Shown here piece by piece: positions 10,633-21,000 of a stretch of DNA of 64,000 nucleotides (positions are counted from its first letter, which is position 1; each line of letters opens with the position of its first letter). The notes beneath the pieces were generated by a model. It ran no database searches. It was not told the DNA's origin and saw only the letters and a list, made by a program, of their open reading frames with translations. The position numbers were made by a program, and so were the translations under genes. This DNA is from an uncultured delta proteobacterium (GTDB lineage Bacteria; Desulfobacterota; Desulfobacteria; Desulfobacterales; B30-G6), in assembly GCA_963823335.1 (NCBI GenBank), contig CAWGLD010000007.1, forward strand, positions 64,001-128,000, in the 5' to 3' direction.

Positions 10633-11627
10633 TATTCAAGGGAATACTCAATGGCTGCTCGATGAACATCGCTTCTCAGGCCGAGGAGTTGAATGGTTTT
10701 ATTGGCAAGCACTTGCGTTCAGTGGACACCATCGGCAGCACCATTCTTTTTTATTCCAGGGAAGAGCAGAAGGATGCGCTGCTTGGGTTGGTTCCCACCG
10801 CGTCCGCACAACTCATCCGTATCAGCCGCTATCAACCGGAAAATGTCCTCGAAGCGCTCGAAACCATTGAAAAGGGAGAGAGAACCCACCTGTACGTATT
10901 TCCCAGCGGGTTTGAAGGTTCGGAAATTGCCGTCCGATTAGCTTTCCGGCTGAAGGGCTCGTCTCTTGTGCAAGTGGAACAGATCGATTGTTCAAGCCAA
11001 AAGTTGATCGCAAAGAAAGCCGTCTATGCAAACCACGTTCTGGCTACTTTCAAGTTAACGAAAAAGCCCTATTGCATCTCCCTTGCCAAAGGAACCACCA
11101 ACCGTCAGCCCATAGCCAAACGCGACACTATGACAGTTACCGAGGTTGACATGACCCACCTGCATCAAGACCGGTTCATCAAGGCGTCACAATCGACCCC
11201 TTTTAAACCGGCCAGGGATCTGACCAAGGCCGCGTTCCTTGTCATTGGCGGCAACGGCATGGGCAGTCATGAAAACACAAAAAAACTCCAACAGGTTGCC
11301 GAAACGATTGGAGCCGATTTTGGTGTCAGCCGTCCTGCAGCAATGCGTGTCTGGGCGCCCATGCACCGTCTGGTTGGCGTTTCCGGGGCCATGACAAAAG
11401 CGGATGTCTGCCTTGTTGCAGGGGTTTCCGGGGCCGCCGCTTTTTATGCCGGCATCGAAAAAAGTAAATTTATTGTCGCCATCAACAAAGACATTCGGGC
11501 ACCCATCGTCAGGTCTGCCGACGTTGCCATCATTGATGACTACAAAGCGGTGATGGATGAGCTTGTCAAGATTATGACAACAAATATAACCGGGTCCAAA
11601 GGGCCAGGCTCTTTTTATACTCTGTAA
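10629..11627 (+). CDS. etfA: Electron transfer flavoprotein alpha subunit (YgcQ-like)
   Basis: GVSRPA, VGVSG, GVSGAAAF and IVAINKD motifs. Confidence 0.8.
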   Translation: MIFKGILNGCSMNIASQAEELNGFIGKHLRSVDTIGSTILFYSREEQKDALLGLVPTASAQLIRISRYQPENVLEALETIEKGERTHLYVFPSGFEGSEIAVRLAFRLKGSSLVQVEQIDCSSQKLIAKKAVYANHVLATFKLTKKPYCISLAKGTTNRQPIAKRDTMTVTEVDMTHLHQDRFIKASQSTPFKPARDLTKAAFLVIGGNGMGSHENTKKLQQVAETIGADFGVSRPAAMRVWAPMHRLVGVSGAMTKADVCLVAGVSGAAAFYAGIEKSKFIVAINKDIRAPIVRSADVAIIDDYKAVMDELVKIMTTNITGSKGPGSFYTL

Positions 11628-11698
11628 GAGATTGTTTAGCATTTAGCATTTCGTGCTTCGAATTTTAACCATTATTGAAATTGGCAAGGATACCCGTT

Positions 11699-13132
11699 TT
11701 GGAGAAGAAACTGATTCATCCCATGAGTGAAACCTTTCACGATTACCTGAAAGACGAATCAAATATGACGGGGTCGGCGGAAAGTATTTCTTTCCCGGAA
11801 AACGAAGCGGAAATCGCTCAAATCCTTCGGGAGATGCGAGGACACGGAACGGCCGTCACGATTCAGGGCGGCAAGACCGGTATCGTCGGCAGTGCAGTGC
11901 CCTTGCAGGGCCACATTATGAACCTCTCCCGCATGAAAAAAGTAAAATCCTTTGCCATTGCAAAAGATGGCCAAAGATCGGTGACGGTTGAACCGGGGAT
12001 CACCTTGCTTGAACTCCGAAAGGCGATTCAGCGGAACAAGACACATAGGGCGTTTTTCTGGCCACCGGATCCAACCGAACCAACAGCTAGCGTTGGCGGC
12101 ATTGCTTCCACCAATGCTGAAGGCACCTGTTTTTATCTTTATGGAAGATCTGCTTCATATATCTCGGGTATTCGCGTCATGAACGCCGACGGATCCATCC
12201 GTGACCTCAGGAAGGGACAAGACGCTATTGTCATCAATGGTGATTCCAAAGATCTTCTGGATGTTTATCTGAGTGGCGAAGGGATGTATGGCGTGATCAC
12301 GGAACTGACCCTGCGGTTGATACCCAAACCCAAAGAAATCTGGGGCATTGGTTTTTTCTTTGAAAACCCGGAAGAAGGGATGTCCTTTGCAGATCAGCTG
12401 AAAGCCGCCCCTTTTGACAGCCATGATGCAAATATTGCCGCCATGGAGTACCTGGATCAGACCATACTCAATGCCGTTGAAATGCATCCTTCCATGAAGA
12501 TCCAATTAAAAACGACACCTGACACGGCACTGCATATTACAGCCATGGTTTATGTGGAAATTCATGGGGATCATGAAGATGCCATCCAAGAACTTGCCCA
12601 TACGCTTTTAAAAATGAGTTCTACTTTTAACAGTGATATAGACAAGACATGGGCATTTTCCGGAGAGCCCGAGGTCGATAAGATGAGAAGCTTTCTGCAT
12701 GCCGCTGCTGAAACCGCCATCCTGCACGTTGAAAAAGCCCGCCGTGAAGACCATAGAATTACCAAAACAGGTATAGATATCAGCCTGGAGCGGGAGGGGC
12801 TGAAGGCCCTGGTTCACCGATTTGAAAAACAACTTCGAACGGAAAATTTAAAAGCCAGCTTTTGGGGGCACCTTGGCAGCGGCAGTCTGCACATCGATAT
12901 CCTGCCGGGAAATTACGAGGAGTTCGTTAAAGGCAAGACCTTGTTGGAAACATGGGCTGATAGCTTTCCAGCCCTTCTCGGGAAGGCCATCACATCGTAT
13001 GGCATTGGAAAACTGAAAAAATCGATTTTCCTCAAAACAGCCTCGAAGACACATGTCAACGATGTGCTAAAATTGAAAAAGCAATTGGACAAGAACAATC
13101 TGTGGAACCCGGGCAATATGATCGGGGACTGA
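11699..13132 (+). CDS. FAD-binding oxidoreductase (GlcD/D-lactate dehydrogenase family); start uncertain
   Basis: QGGKTG, PPDPTE..ASVGG, GEGMYGVITE and WNPG motifs. Confidence 0.8.
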   Translation: MEKKLIHPMSETFHDYLKDESNMTGSAESISFPENEAEIAQILREMRGHGTAVTIQGGKTGIVGSAVPLQGHIMNLSRMKKVKSFAIAKDGQRSVTVEPGITLLELRKAIQRNKTHRAFFWPPDPTEPTASVGGIASTNAEGTCFYLYGRSASYISGIRVMNADGSIRDLRKGQDAIVINGDSKDLLDVYLSGEGMYGVITELTLRLIPKPKEIWGIGFFFENPEEGMSFADQLKAAPFDSHDANIAAMEYLDQTILNAVEMHPSMKIQLKTTPDTALHITAMVYVEIHGDHEDAIQELAHTLLKMSSTFNSDIDKTWAFSGEPEVDKMRSFLHAAAETAILHVEKARREDHRITKTGIDISLEREGLKALVHRFEKQLRTENLKASFWGHLGSGSLHIDILPGNYEEFVKGKTLLETWADSFPALLGKAITSYGIGKLKKSIFLKTASKTHVNDVLKLKKQLDKNNLWNPGNMIGD

Positions 13133-13156
13133 GATCAACATAGGAAAGGAGACCCC

Positions 13157-14575
13157 GTGAAACAGTTTGACAAACTCTATATCAACGGCAAATGGGTACA
13201 GCCGAATAATACCGATATCATCGAGGTTGTTAACCCGGCCACCGAAAGTATCTGTGCATGCGTTCCAAACGGAAACCAGGAAGATGTGAACGCTGCCGTC
13301 GCTTCTGCGCGCCAGGCATTTGACGGCTGGGCACATACACCAGCGCAAAAGCGCGCCAAGATCATGCATGCCGTTGCAGATGAAATGCAGCGTCGTGCCG
13401 ACGAATTGATTGACGCACACGTCATCACCATGGGCTGCCCCCGTCACCTCACCGCCGGGCTGCACGTCGATGCTCCCATCGCCGCCATGCATAACTACGC
13501 AGAGCGTTCCGTACAGATGGACACCGTCGAAGAAAAAGACAACGTGTTGGTATACAAAGAACCTATCGGTGTTTGCGCCTTGATCAATCCCTGGAACTAT
13601 CCCCTTCATCAACTTATCGGCAAGGTCGCCCCCGCACTTGCCGCCGGCTGTACCATCATCGCCAAACCTGCTGCGCAAACACCGCTGCAGGATTTTATCA
13701 TGGCGGAAATTTTTGAAGCCGTGAGTCTGCCGGCAGGTGTGTTTAACCTGGTCAGCGGTTCAGGCAGCGTGATCGGCCCGGTCCTGAGCAGTCATCCCCA
13801 GGTGGATATGGTCTCTTTTACCGGTTCGACGTATGCGGGCATCAAGGTAGCCGAATCGGCAGCTCCGACGGTAAAACGTGTTTGTCAGGAACTCGGCGGA
13901 AAATCCCCATACATCATTACCGAAGACGCCGATCTTGAAACTGCCGTTCGCTACGGTGTCGAAGATGTGATGCTCAACACAGGTCAGACGTGCAATGCCC
14001 TGACCCGCATGTTCGTACCCCGGGGTTGCTATGAGAAAGCCGTCGGCATCGCCAAAAAGGCAGCGGAAGAACATATTGTCGGCGACCCAAACGATAGCAG
14101 CGTTACCATGGGCCCCATGGCATCGGCTGCACAAAAACAAACCGTACTCAATTATATCAAGACGGGCATTGCTGAAGGCGCAAGATTGGTCACCGGCGGT
14201 ATTGACATGCCGCAGGGCCTGCATGTGGGCGCCTATGTAAACCCCACTGTTTTTGCTGATGTTACCAACGACATGGTCATCGCCAGGGAAGAAATTTTCG
14301 GACCTGTTCTTTGCATGATTGCCTACGATGATATCGAAGAGGCCATTGAAATGGCAAATGACACGGTATATGGCTTAGCATCCGGAGTTTATGCCAAAGA
14401 CAAAGCGGGTGCACGAAAAATCGCCAGACGAATACGGGCAGGTCAGTGTTACATCCAGGGTGGCTATTTTAATCTGGAGGCGCCTTTTGGTGGTTTCAAA
14501 CAATCCGGAAACGGGCGTGAATGGGGAGACCAGGCCATGCACGAATACGTCGAAATAAAAGCCATCATTGCTTAG
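13157..14575 (+). CDS. Aldehyde dehydrogenase
   Basis: PWNYP, FTGS, ELGGKS, GQTC and EEIFGP motifs. Confidence 0.92.
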   Translation: MKQFDKLYINGKWVQPNNTDIIEVVNPATESICACVPNGNQEDVNAAVASARQAFDGWAHTPAQKRAKIMHAVADEMQRRADELIDAHVITMGCPRHLTAGLHVDAPIAAMHNYAERSVQMDTVEEKDNVLVYKEPIGVCALINPWNYPLHQLIGKVAPALAAGCTIIAKPAAQTPLQDFIMAEIFEAVSLPAGVFNLVSGSGSVIGPVLSSHPQVDMVSFTGSTYAGIKVAESAAPTVKRVCQELGGKSPYIITEDADLETAVRYGVEDVMLNTGQTCNALTRMFVPRGCYEKAVGIAKKAAEEHIVGDPNDSSVTMGPMASAAQKQTVLNYIKTGIAEGARLVTGGIDMPQGLHVGAYVNPTVFADVTNDMVIAREEIFGPVLCMIAYDDIEEAIEMANDTVYGLASGVYAKDKAGARKIARRIRAGQCYIQGGYFNLEAPFGGFKQSGNGREWGDQAMHEYVEIKAIIA

Positions 14576-14683
14576 CAGACTGCAGGTGATATAACCTTTG
14601 CCAAAATAACGTTCCTACTGTTCCGAAAAAAGCCGTGAGCTATATTCGGAACATATGTATTAGAAGCTATAAAGGAGATAACA

Positions 14684-15589
14684 ATGAAAATCGGATGGAT
14701 TGGACTGGGTAATATCGGAGGCATTATGGCATCGAACCTGATGAAAGCGGGGTATCACCTGATCGTACACGATCTTGAATACAAGGCCGCCGAAAAATTG
14801 ATTGCATCGGGTGCTGAATGGGCAGACACACCCCAGGCGCTGGCCGGCAAAGCGGACACGATCATTACCTCTTTGCCCGGTCCCCCGCAGGTGAGAGCCG
14901 TGATGGAGAGCGAACAAGGGGTATTTGCAGGCATCCGCCCGGGCTGTACCTGGATCGACATGTCCACGACCGATGCCGAAGAGGTGGAACGGCTCGGGGG
15001 GATTGCCGCCGAAAAAGGCGTGTCTGTTCTGGAAGCGCCCCTTACCGGTGGTGTGACCCTCGCCAAGGCAGGCGGAATTACCATGCTCGTGGGCGGGGAA
15101 AAAGACGTTTTTGAATCACAACTGCCCATGTTGCGCAAGATCGGCGGCAAGATACTCCTCATGGGACCGCTGGGAAGTGCGAGCATCGTCAAGGTCATCA
15201 CGAACCTGCTGGCGCTCGGCCACCTGATTATGGCCGGCGAGGCTTTCATGCTCGGAAACCAGGCCGGCATCGACCCGAAAGCGTTGCTTGAGGGTATCCA
15301 GGCCAGTTCCGGCAACAGTTATACCATCGAAAAAGAAATGCCGCTGGTGTACAATGGCAGCTATGACGTGGGGTTTTCAATGGCCCTGGCCTGTAAGGAC
15401 CTGGGGCTGACAATGAAACATGCTCGGAAATATGGGGTGCCGCTGGAATTGGGGGCATTGGTGGAGCAGATTTTCGTCCGGGCGAAAAGACAATACGGTG
15501 AAGCGGCCAATTCCACCCAGGCGGTGAAGCTGCTCGAAGACACAATGAATGTCTATCTGCGTGCAACCGGGTATGAGGATTTTCGGTAA
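14684..15589 (+). CDS. NAD(P)-dependent beta-hydroxyacid dehydrogenase (3-hydroxyisobutyrate dehydrogenase family)
   Basis: IGLGNIG, EAPLTGG and KDLGL motifs. Confidence 0.88.
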   Translation: MKIGWIGLGNIGGIMASNLMKAGYHLIVHDLEYKAAEKLIASGAEWADTPQALAGKADTIITSLPGPPQVRAVMESEQGVFAGIRPGCTWIDMSTTDAEEVERLGGIAAEKGVSVLEAPLTGGVTLAKAGGITMLVGGEKDVFESQLPMLRKIGGKILLMGPLGSASIVKVITNLLALGHLIMAGEAFMLGNQAGIDPKALLEGIQASSGNSYTIEKEMPLVYNGSYDVGFSMALACKDLGLTMKHARKYGVPLELGALVEQIFVRAKRQYGEAANSTQAVKLLEDTMNVYLRATGYEDFR

Positions 15590-15649
15590 ACATCCACACA
15601 AACGTTTTTCATAATAACATTCCGGTGACTCCGAAAAGGGGGTTTCAGA

Positions 15650-17038
15650 TTATCTGATCATGGTACGCCCTTCAAACCTGTTGACGCAATTAATTTTAAT
15701 ATCCAGGGCGCTGGCAATGTTGAATTTCGCTTCAATGCCTTTGGCGCATCCAGGCAGCGGTGTCATGATGCCCAGGTTCAAATCCTGCCGAACCTCACCC
15801 ATGATCACAGGATCGGTCAAATCGGAAATTGCCACCTTCAGTTTCTCCGCCACATAAGCCTTGGCCTGTTCAATTCGCATTCCCCGGGCCATTTGCACAC
15901 GAGCAACCAGATCTCCGGCTCCTCGCATTCCGCCCATTCCCGAGGCATGCGCGTGGGTGATCGCCATGGCAAAGGGATCACCCACGCCAACCTACAAACC
16001 GTCCAGGCGGCATATTTCTACAATTGCCTTGGATGAACGCGAAACAATATCCATGGGCGGGTGATCGTTTACCGTCACCCCTCCGACCCCCATGCCCATA
16101 TTGGGGTGAATGGGAATCTGTGCCACTTCGCCACATGCCTTGGTATAGGTAACCGTGCGGGCCAGGTTCCAGGGTGCCGATTCGTTGGTGTTTGTGTTGA
16201 TCACCGGCCCGAAAATGGTAGCCCCGGCGGCCTCGGCCATCTTTACCTGGCGATGGGGATACATCCCTGCCAGGCGTTCTCCCTTGTAGGTCAATTCGCT
16301 GTGCATCCCCAGAACGAACTCCCCGGCCATGCCTATTTGAATGCACATATCCGGATATTTGGCCCTGAGCTTCTCCGTGGCCAGTAAAGCCGCGAGAAAG
16401 TCGGCATCCCCGGCAGCCCCGGTGGTATCCAGGTTGATCCCGTCAGCACCCGATTCATACATGGCGCTTGCAGCTGAAACGATATCCGCCACCAGGTATT
16501 CCACCGAGGCTTCATAAGATTGTTGTGCCTCTTCGATCTTGCCCATAGGCATCAATTCGCCCGGGTTGGGGAAAGGTCCGTCAGGCTGGCTGTATAGCCC
16601 CAGGTTGGGCTGAGCACCGTAAAACAGCGGGATATGCGTGACAAGCAAGGCTTGTTCCAAGATGGGTTGTTCCATGGTGATGATGGGTTTGACGGGCTTA
16701 TAGGAATAATCCACATGGTTCAACTCCATGGTATCAGCCCCCATGATCTTCTCATAAATCTGCAAGGCCTGGATGCGGTCCACGTTGACGCCTACTCTGC
16801 GGATTTTCAACGTTCCGGCATCGTATGTGAGAATCACTTCATGGCCCGGTTCGACGCTCAAAAACCGAAATGGGCATTTAAATATATCCCGCAGGTGTTC
16901 GAGCTCCGACTGGGTCAGGGGATCTATTTGACCTCGTTGAGCAGCATCCTGGCTGCCACGCTGCAGGTCCTCCATTAATTCTTCTTCACTCAACGCAAGG
17001 ACGGTTCCGTCCCCGTAGCGGGTTATAATGTTACGCAT
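15650..17038 (-). CDS. mtbB: Second dimethylamine:corrinoid methyltransferase, pyrrolysine-containing (in-frame TAG at 15994-15992, codon 349; 462 aa)
   Basis: ORF 17038-15992 ends in TAG and continues in frame as VGVGDPFAMAITHAHASGMGGMRGAGDLVARVQ to TAA at 15650; AGGAGG RBS. Confidence 0.93.
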
Positions 17039-17053
17039 TAACTACCTCCTTTT

Positions 17054-17128
17054 ATTGAATAACCCCGCAGCCGCGAAGCACTGCCGAACGGCAGAATCTA
17101 CGGGGTTAGCGCTCGCTGTTTCGGTTCA
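17054..17128 (+). repeat. Palindromic REP/MITE-like element (copies at 22736-22788, 36073-36156 and 55611-55776)
   Basis: Shared ends ATTGAA...CCCCGCAG and CGGGG...GCTCGCT.TT.CGGTTCA, with internal CTGCCG..CGGCAG hairpins. Confidence 0.75.
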
Positions 17129-18255
17129 TCCAATGGCGGTGGAATCAAAACGAAATTGCCGAAATGCTTCTTCTCCAGAAACTCGCGCTGTGCGTCCACA
17201 ATCTGTTCCAGCGAAAACGTCTTGGCAAGAATCGGCCGCAACTCGCCGCACTCGATGTAGGAAATAAGGTTTGGAAAAACAGGTTCGTCCCACGCGGTAC
17301 AGCCGATCAGCGTCAGGTCTTTTAGATAGAAGGTGCGCATATCCAATTCAACGAGTGGGCCGGCAATCGCACCGGATGACACATACATCCCCCCTCTCTT
17401 AAGCACCTTCAGCATGCGGTCAAAGCCTGGCCCGGCAACGTTGTCAAAGACAACGTCCACAGAGTTTTCGCCGAGAATGGCAACGGTATCGTCGTTACGC
17501 TCAATGACACGATCTGGTCCTATGGACTGCACCTTCTCCATCTTCGCTTTCCCCGCAATTGCGGTCACAGAGGCACCACGCCGCTTCACCAGTTGCACGA
17601 CAGCCGAGCCAACGCCACCGGATGCTCCGGCTACCAGCACGTGCTGTCCCTCGCGCACCCTGGCGCGATGCACCATATTCTCCGCTGTCCCGTAAGCACA
17701 GGGAATCGTGCCGAGTTCGGCATCGCTCCAATCGCAGTCCACCGCGAAAACCTCCCCGGCCGGCACCTTCACGAACTGTGCGAAGGCACCGTCAAAGTCG
17801 GAGCCCATCCAGATATTTTCCATAGACTCAAAACCAAACGGGCGCATACAAGACCGTACCAGTGCACGCGCACCAATGGTGCTTTCATCCCCGCCAGGGG
17901 CAACAGCGACGACACGGCCGCAGCAATCCGTGCCCTGGATGAACGGAAAGGGGGTTGCCTCGTTCCACCCGCCATCCGTCTTTTCTGTGGCGGTCTGTTC
18001 TTCCGCACATGCCGCATCCTCGGTACCTGATGAGACCGTGGATGAGTACCAACCGACACGTGTATTAATTTCAGTATTGTTAACACCGGCGGCAAGCACC
18101 TGCAGCAGAACCTCACCTGCTTCAAGTGCTGGAATGGGGACCTCACGGTACGCGAGTTTGTCATATCCGCCGTTCCCCGTTGTAACAACGGCCTTCATCT
18201 TAATGTCACAGCCATTTGGATCAAATCGCTCTTTGCTTGGAACCCTTTCGACCAT
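17098..18255 (-). CDS. MDR-family (alcohol dehydrogenase/quinone reductase) oxidoreductase; start may be 18198
   Basis: MKAVV, AAGVNNTE, GTDCCG and GASGGVG motifs. Confidence 0.85.
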   Translation of the reverse strand: MVERVPSKERFDPNGCDIKMKAVVTTGNGGYDKLAYREVPIPALEAGEVLLQVLAAGVNNTEINTRVGWYSSTVSSGTEDAACAEEQTATEKTDGGWNEATPFPFIQGTDCCGRVVAVAPGGDESTIGARALVRSCMRPFGFESMENIWMGSDFDGAFAQFVKVPAGEVFAVDCDWSDAELGTIPCAYGTAENMVHRARVREGQHVLVAGASGGVGSAVVQLVKRRGASVTAIAGKAKMEKVQSIGPDRVIERNDDTVAILGENSVDVVFDNVAGPGFDRMLKVLKRGGMYVSSGAIAGPLVELDMRTFYLKDLTLIGCTAWDEPVFPNLISYIECGELRPILAKTFSLEQIVDAQREFLEKKHFGNFVLIPPPLDEPKQRALTP

Positions 18256-18599
18256 CGCAACCACCCTTTCGGTATTATCCTTTTGATGAATGTTATCGCA
18301 TTTGTCAAAGCAACATTCCGGTCACTCCGAAAAAGGGACTCCCTCGGCTGAGGGACCTGTTCGGAACATATGTATGACACCCCTTATAAACCATAGCCGG
18401 GGGCAACCGAAAACAACTGATGTCTGAGCATGTCCACGCGTAACATTTCTCCCGACGCCAATACAGATATCAATTTTATTAAAAAAAAGCAAAAAAAGCG
18501 TCATCCCTTTATAGCTTTGACCTTTGTCTCTTTTTGGTTTACAGCACTTAGGAAATTATTTTCCGGGTTCTCATTTAACAAGAACCAAGGGAGAAAGAA

Positions 18600-19376
18600 A
18601 TGGAAATATCATTAAATGATCTGGGAGTCATTATTACCGCCGGGGCCTCGGGTATTGGTCTGAGCATAGCGGAAAAATTTATTGCAAACGGCGCCAGCGT
18701 CCATGTGTGCGACGTCAACGACCGGTTTTTGACGGAATGTAAAGCAGCCCTGCCAGGCATCGGAACAAGCCTGTGTGATGTTTCTGACGTTTCACAAGTC
18801 AAACAGATGTTTAGCGAAGCCTTGGGCCACCTGGGGAAACTCCACGTCCTTGTCAATGGTGCCGGCATCACCGGCCCCACGGCAAGCATAGAAGATGTTT
18901 TACCTGAAGATTGGGACAAAACCATCGCCGTCAATTTAAACGGCCAGTTCTACTGTTCCAGGGAGGCCATTCCCCTGATCAAGGCTTCCGGGGGTGGCTC
19001 CATTGTAAACATATCCTCCTGTTCGGGACTGATGGGTTCTCCTTTCAGATCGCCCTATTGTGCAGCCAAGTGGGGGATCATCGGTATGACAAAGACGATG
19101 GCCATGGAACTGGGGGAGTTTGGCATACGGGTAAACGCCATTTGTCCTGGAATTGTGGAAGGCTCCCGTATGGACTGCGTCATTGCCACCGATGCAAGAC
19201 ATAAAGGCACCACCGAAGAAGAAATCAGAAAAACATATAAAGCGTGTGTTTCCATGAAGACCTTTGTGACACCCGAGGATGTGGCCGACATGATATTATT
19301 TTTATGTTCCAAGGCCGGCAGTAGAATTTCCGGCCAGGCCATCGGCATTGACGGGAACATCGAAATTCTTCGTTAG
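18600..19376 (+). CDS. SDR family oxidoreductase
   Basis: TAGASGIG, YCAAK and VNAICPG motifs. Confidence 0.9.
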   Translation: MEISLNDLGVIITAGASGIGLSIAEKFIANGASVHVCDVNDRFLTECKAALPGIGTSLCDVSDVSQVKQMFSEALGHLGKLHVLVNGAGITGPTASIEDVLPEDWDKTIAVNLNGQFYCSREAIPLIKASGGGSIVNISSCSGLMGSPFRSPYCAAKWGIIGMTKTMAMELGEFGIRVNAICPGIVEGSRMDCVIATDARHKGTTEEEIRKTYKACVSMKTFVTPEDVADMILFLCSKAGSRISGQAIGIDGNIEILR

Positions 19377-19490
19377 AATCCCTATGCTGAGCCTCCACCC
19401 GCGGAGCGGGTGGGCTCAAGAAGCCCCCTCGAAGGGGGCTAGAATATCCAATATCGAATATCGATTACATGAATTTCGAAAGGAATAAGC

Positions 19491-20936
19491 ATGCGTAAGG
19501 TACAACCCCGAATACAAATTCTATCCGAAGAGCAAAAGAAACTGTTTTATGAAAAAGCCCTGTGGATATTGGAAACGGTGGGCGTTAAAGTCGAGTGCCC
19601 GGAGGTGGTCCGGGAATTTGCCGACCAGCCCGGTGCAAGGTGTGAAAATGACGTGGTGAAACTTTCCGGAAAACTGGTTGAACGGGCATTGGAGAAAGCT
19701 CCCCGTCAAGTGGATATATACAATCGGCACGGTGAGCCGGCCTTCAGCCTCGGACCTGATTTTAATCACCATACCCGATTTTCCATCGGTTCACCAACGT
19801 TGAACTACCAACACCCGCAAACACGCGAAATTGAAGAATGGAAGCGATGCCATACCGGATTGATCGCGGGACTGGCCAATAGCCTGGATACCTTTGACGC
19901 CATTGCAACGCCCGGCACGATTCATGATTATGGCCCCGGGCAGGCAGACTATTTTTCAACCCTTGAATTGCTGGCCAACACCCATAAACCTGTAATTCTA
20001 TTGGTATCAAAAGACACGGCCTTTCCCGGTATTTTGAGCTTCATCGAGCACTTGTTTCATGGCATGCGCGAAAAACCGTTTGTAATCCCTTATGTCAATA
20101 ACATTACCCCCCTGGTCCTGAACAAAGGCACCACCGACAAAATGAGAACCGCTTATTCTATGGGGCTGCCGGTAATTTTCAATAATTTTGTCATGGCCGG
20201 GGCCAGCACCCCCATCACACCTGCCGGGTGCATGACCCTCGCCATTGCGGAACTGCTCATGGGCATTACCTGCAGCCAGATGATACAACCAGGGTCAAAA
20301 ATTATCGCCGGCAGCCTTGCCAATTCATTTAACATGTCCACCATGAATGCGTTTTACAGCCCCTCGAGCCTGCTTGTCAGCCACGGAGTTGCGGAAATGA
20401 TGGATTCTTTTGGCATCCCTCACAGCGGAACCTCAGGGAACAGCCTCGGATGGGAAGGGGACCTGATCGAAGCCGGGATCAAATGGCTGAATTATCTGCC
20501 GAGCATCATGGGCAAAGTCGGTCTGTGCCCTTTTGCCGGTCCGGTATTCCAGGCTACCACCCTCTCTGCAACAAGTATCGTACTGGCTTCCGAGGTAATC
20601 AGGGAAGCCCGCAAATATGCCCGGGGGTTTGAATTGGAAGACCATTTCCTGTTGGATGAGATTCAGGAAGTGGGTCACGGCGGTTCCTTTTTAGGCACCC
20701 AGTCAACATTCGAGCAGTTCAGAGACTACCAGCCACAAAGCGACATCTGGCCAAGTCTGACTCTCGAAAGCTGGAAGACTTCCGGCATGCCGACAAGCAC
20801 TCGCATTCTGAGAGAAAAAACACTGCATCTGCTGAACCATCCAACGTTGCCTGCAGATCGTCAAGATGTTCTTGAAAAAGGCCAGGATTATATCACCCGA
20901 CTGGACTTGTCGGGAAAATCAGGCAAGGGAAAATAA
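19491..20936 (+). CDS. mttB: Divergent MttB-superfamily methyltransferase, non-pyrrolysine
   Basis: ILETVGV, ITPLVL, MAGASTPITPAG and EIQEVGHGGSFL motifs; no internal TAG. Confidence 0.85.
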   Translation: MRKVQPRIQILSEEQKKLFYEKALWILETVGVKVECPEVVREFADQPGARCENDVVKLSGKLVERALEKAPRQVDIYNRHGEPAFSLGPDFNHHTRFSIGSPTLNYQHPQTREIEEWKRCHTGLIAGLANSLDTFDAIATPGTIHDYGPGQADYFSTLELLANTHKPVILLVSKDTAFPGILSFIEHLFHGMREKPFVIPYVNNITPLVLNKGTTDKMRTAYSMGLPVIFNNFVMAGASTPITPAGCMTLAIAELLMGITCSQMIQPGSKIIAGSLANSFNMSTMNAFYSPSSLLVSHGVAEMMDSFGIPHSGTSGNSLGWEGDLIEAGIKWLNYLPSIMGKVGLCPFAGPVFQATTLSATSIVLASEVIREARKYARGFELEDHFLLDEIQEVGHGGSFLGTQSTFEQFRDYQPQSDIWPSLTLESWKTSGMPTSTRILREKTLHLLNHPTLPADRQDVLEKGQDYITRLDLSGKSGKGK

Positions 20937-20943
20937 CATATGG

Positions 20944-20985
20944 GAAAAAAAAGGCCGCACACAAACGTGTCCGGCCTTTTTTTTC
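20944..20985. terminator. Bidirectional intrinsic terminator
   Basis: A8-GGCCG..ACAC/GTGT..CGGCC-T8 hairpin between convergent genes. Confidence 0.85.
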
Positions 20986-21000
20986 AAGATTTAGAAAATG

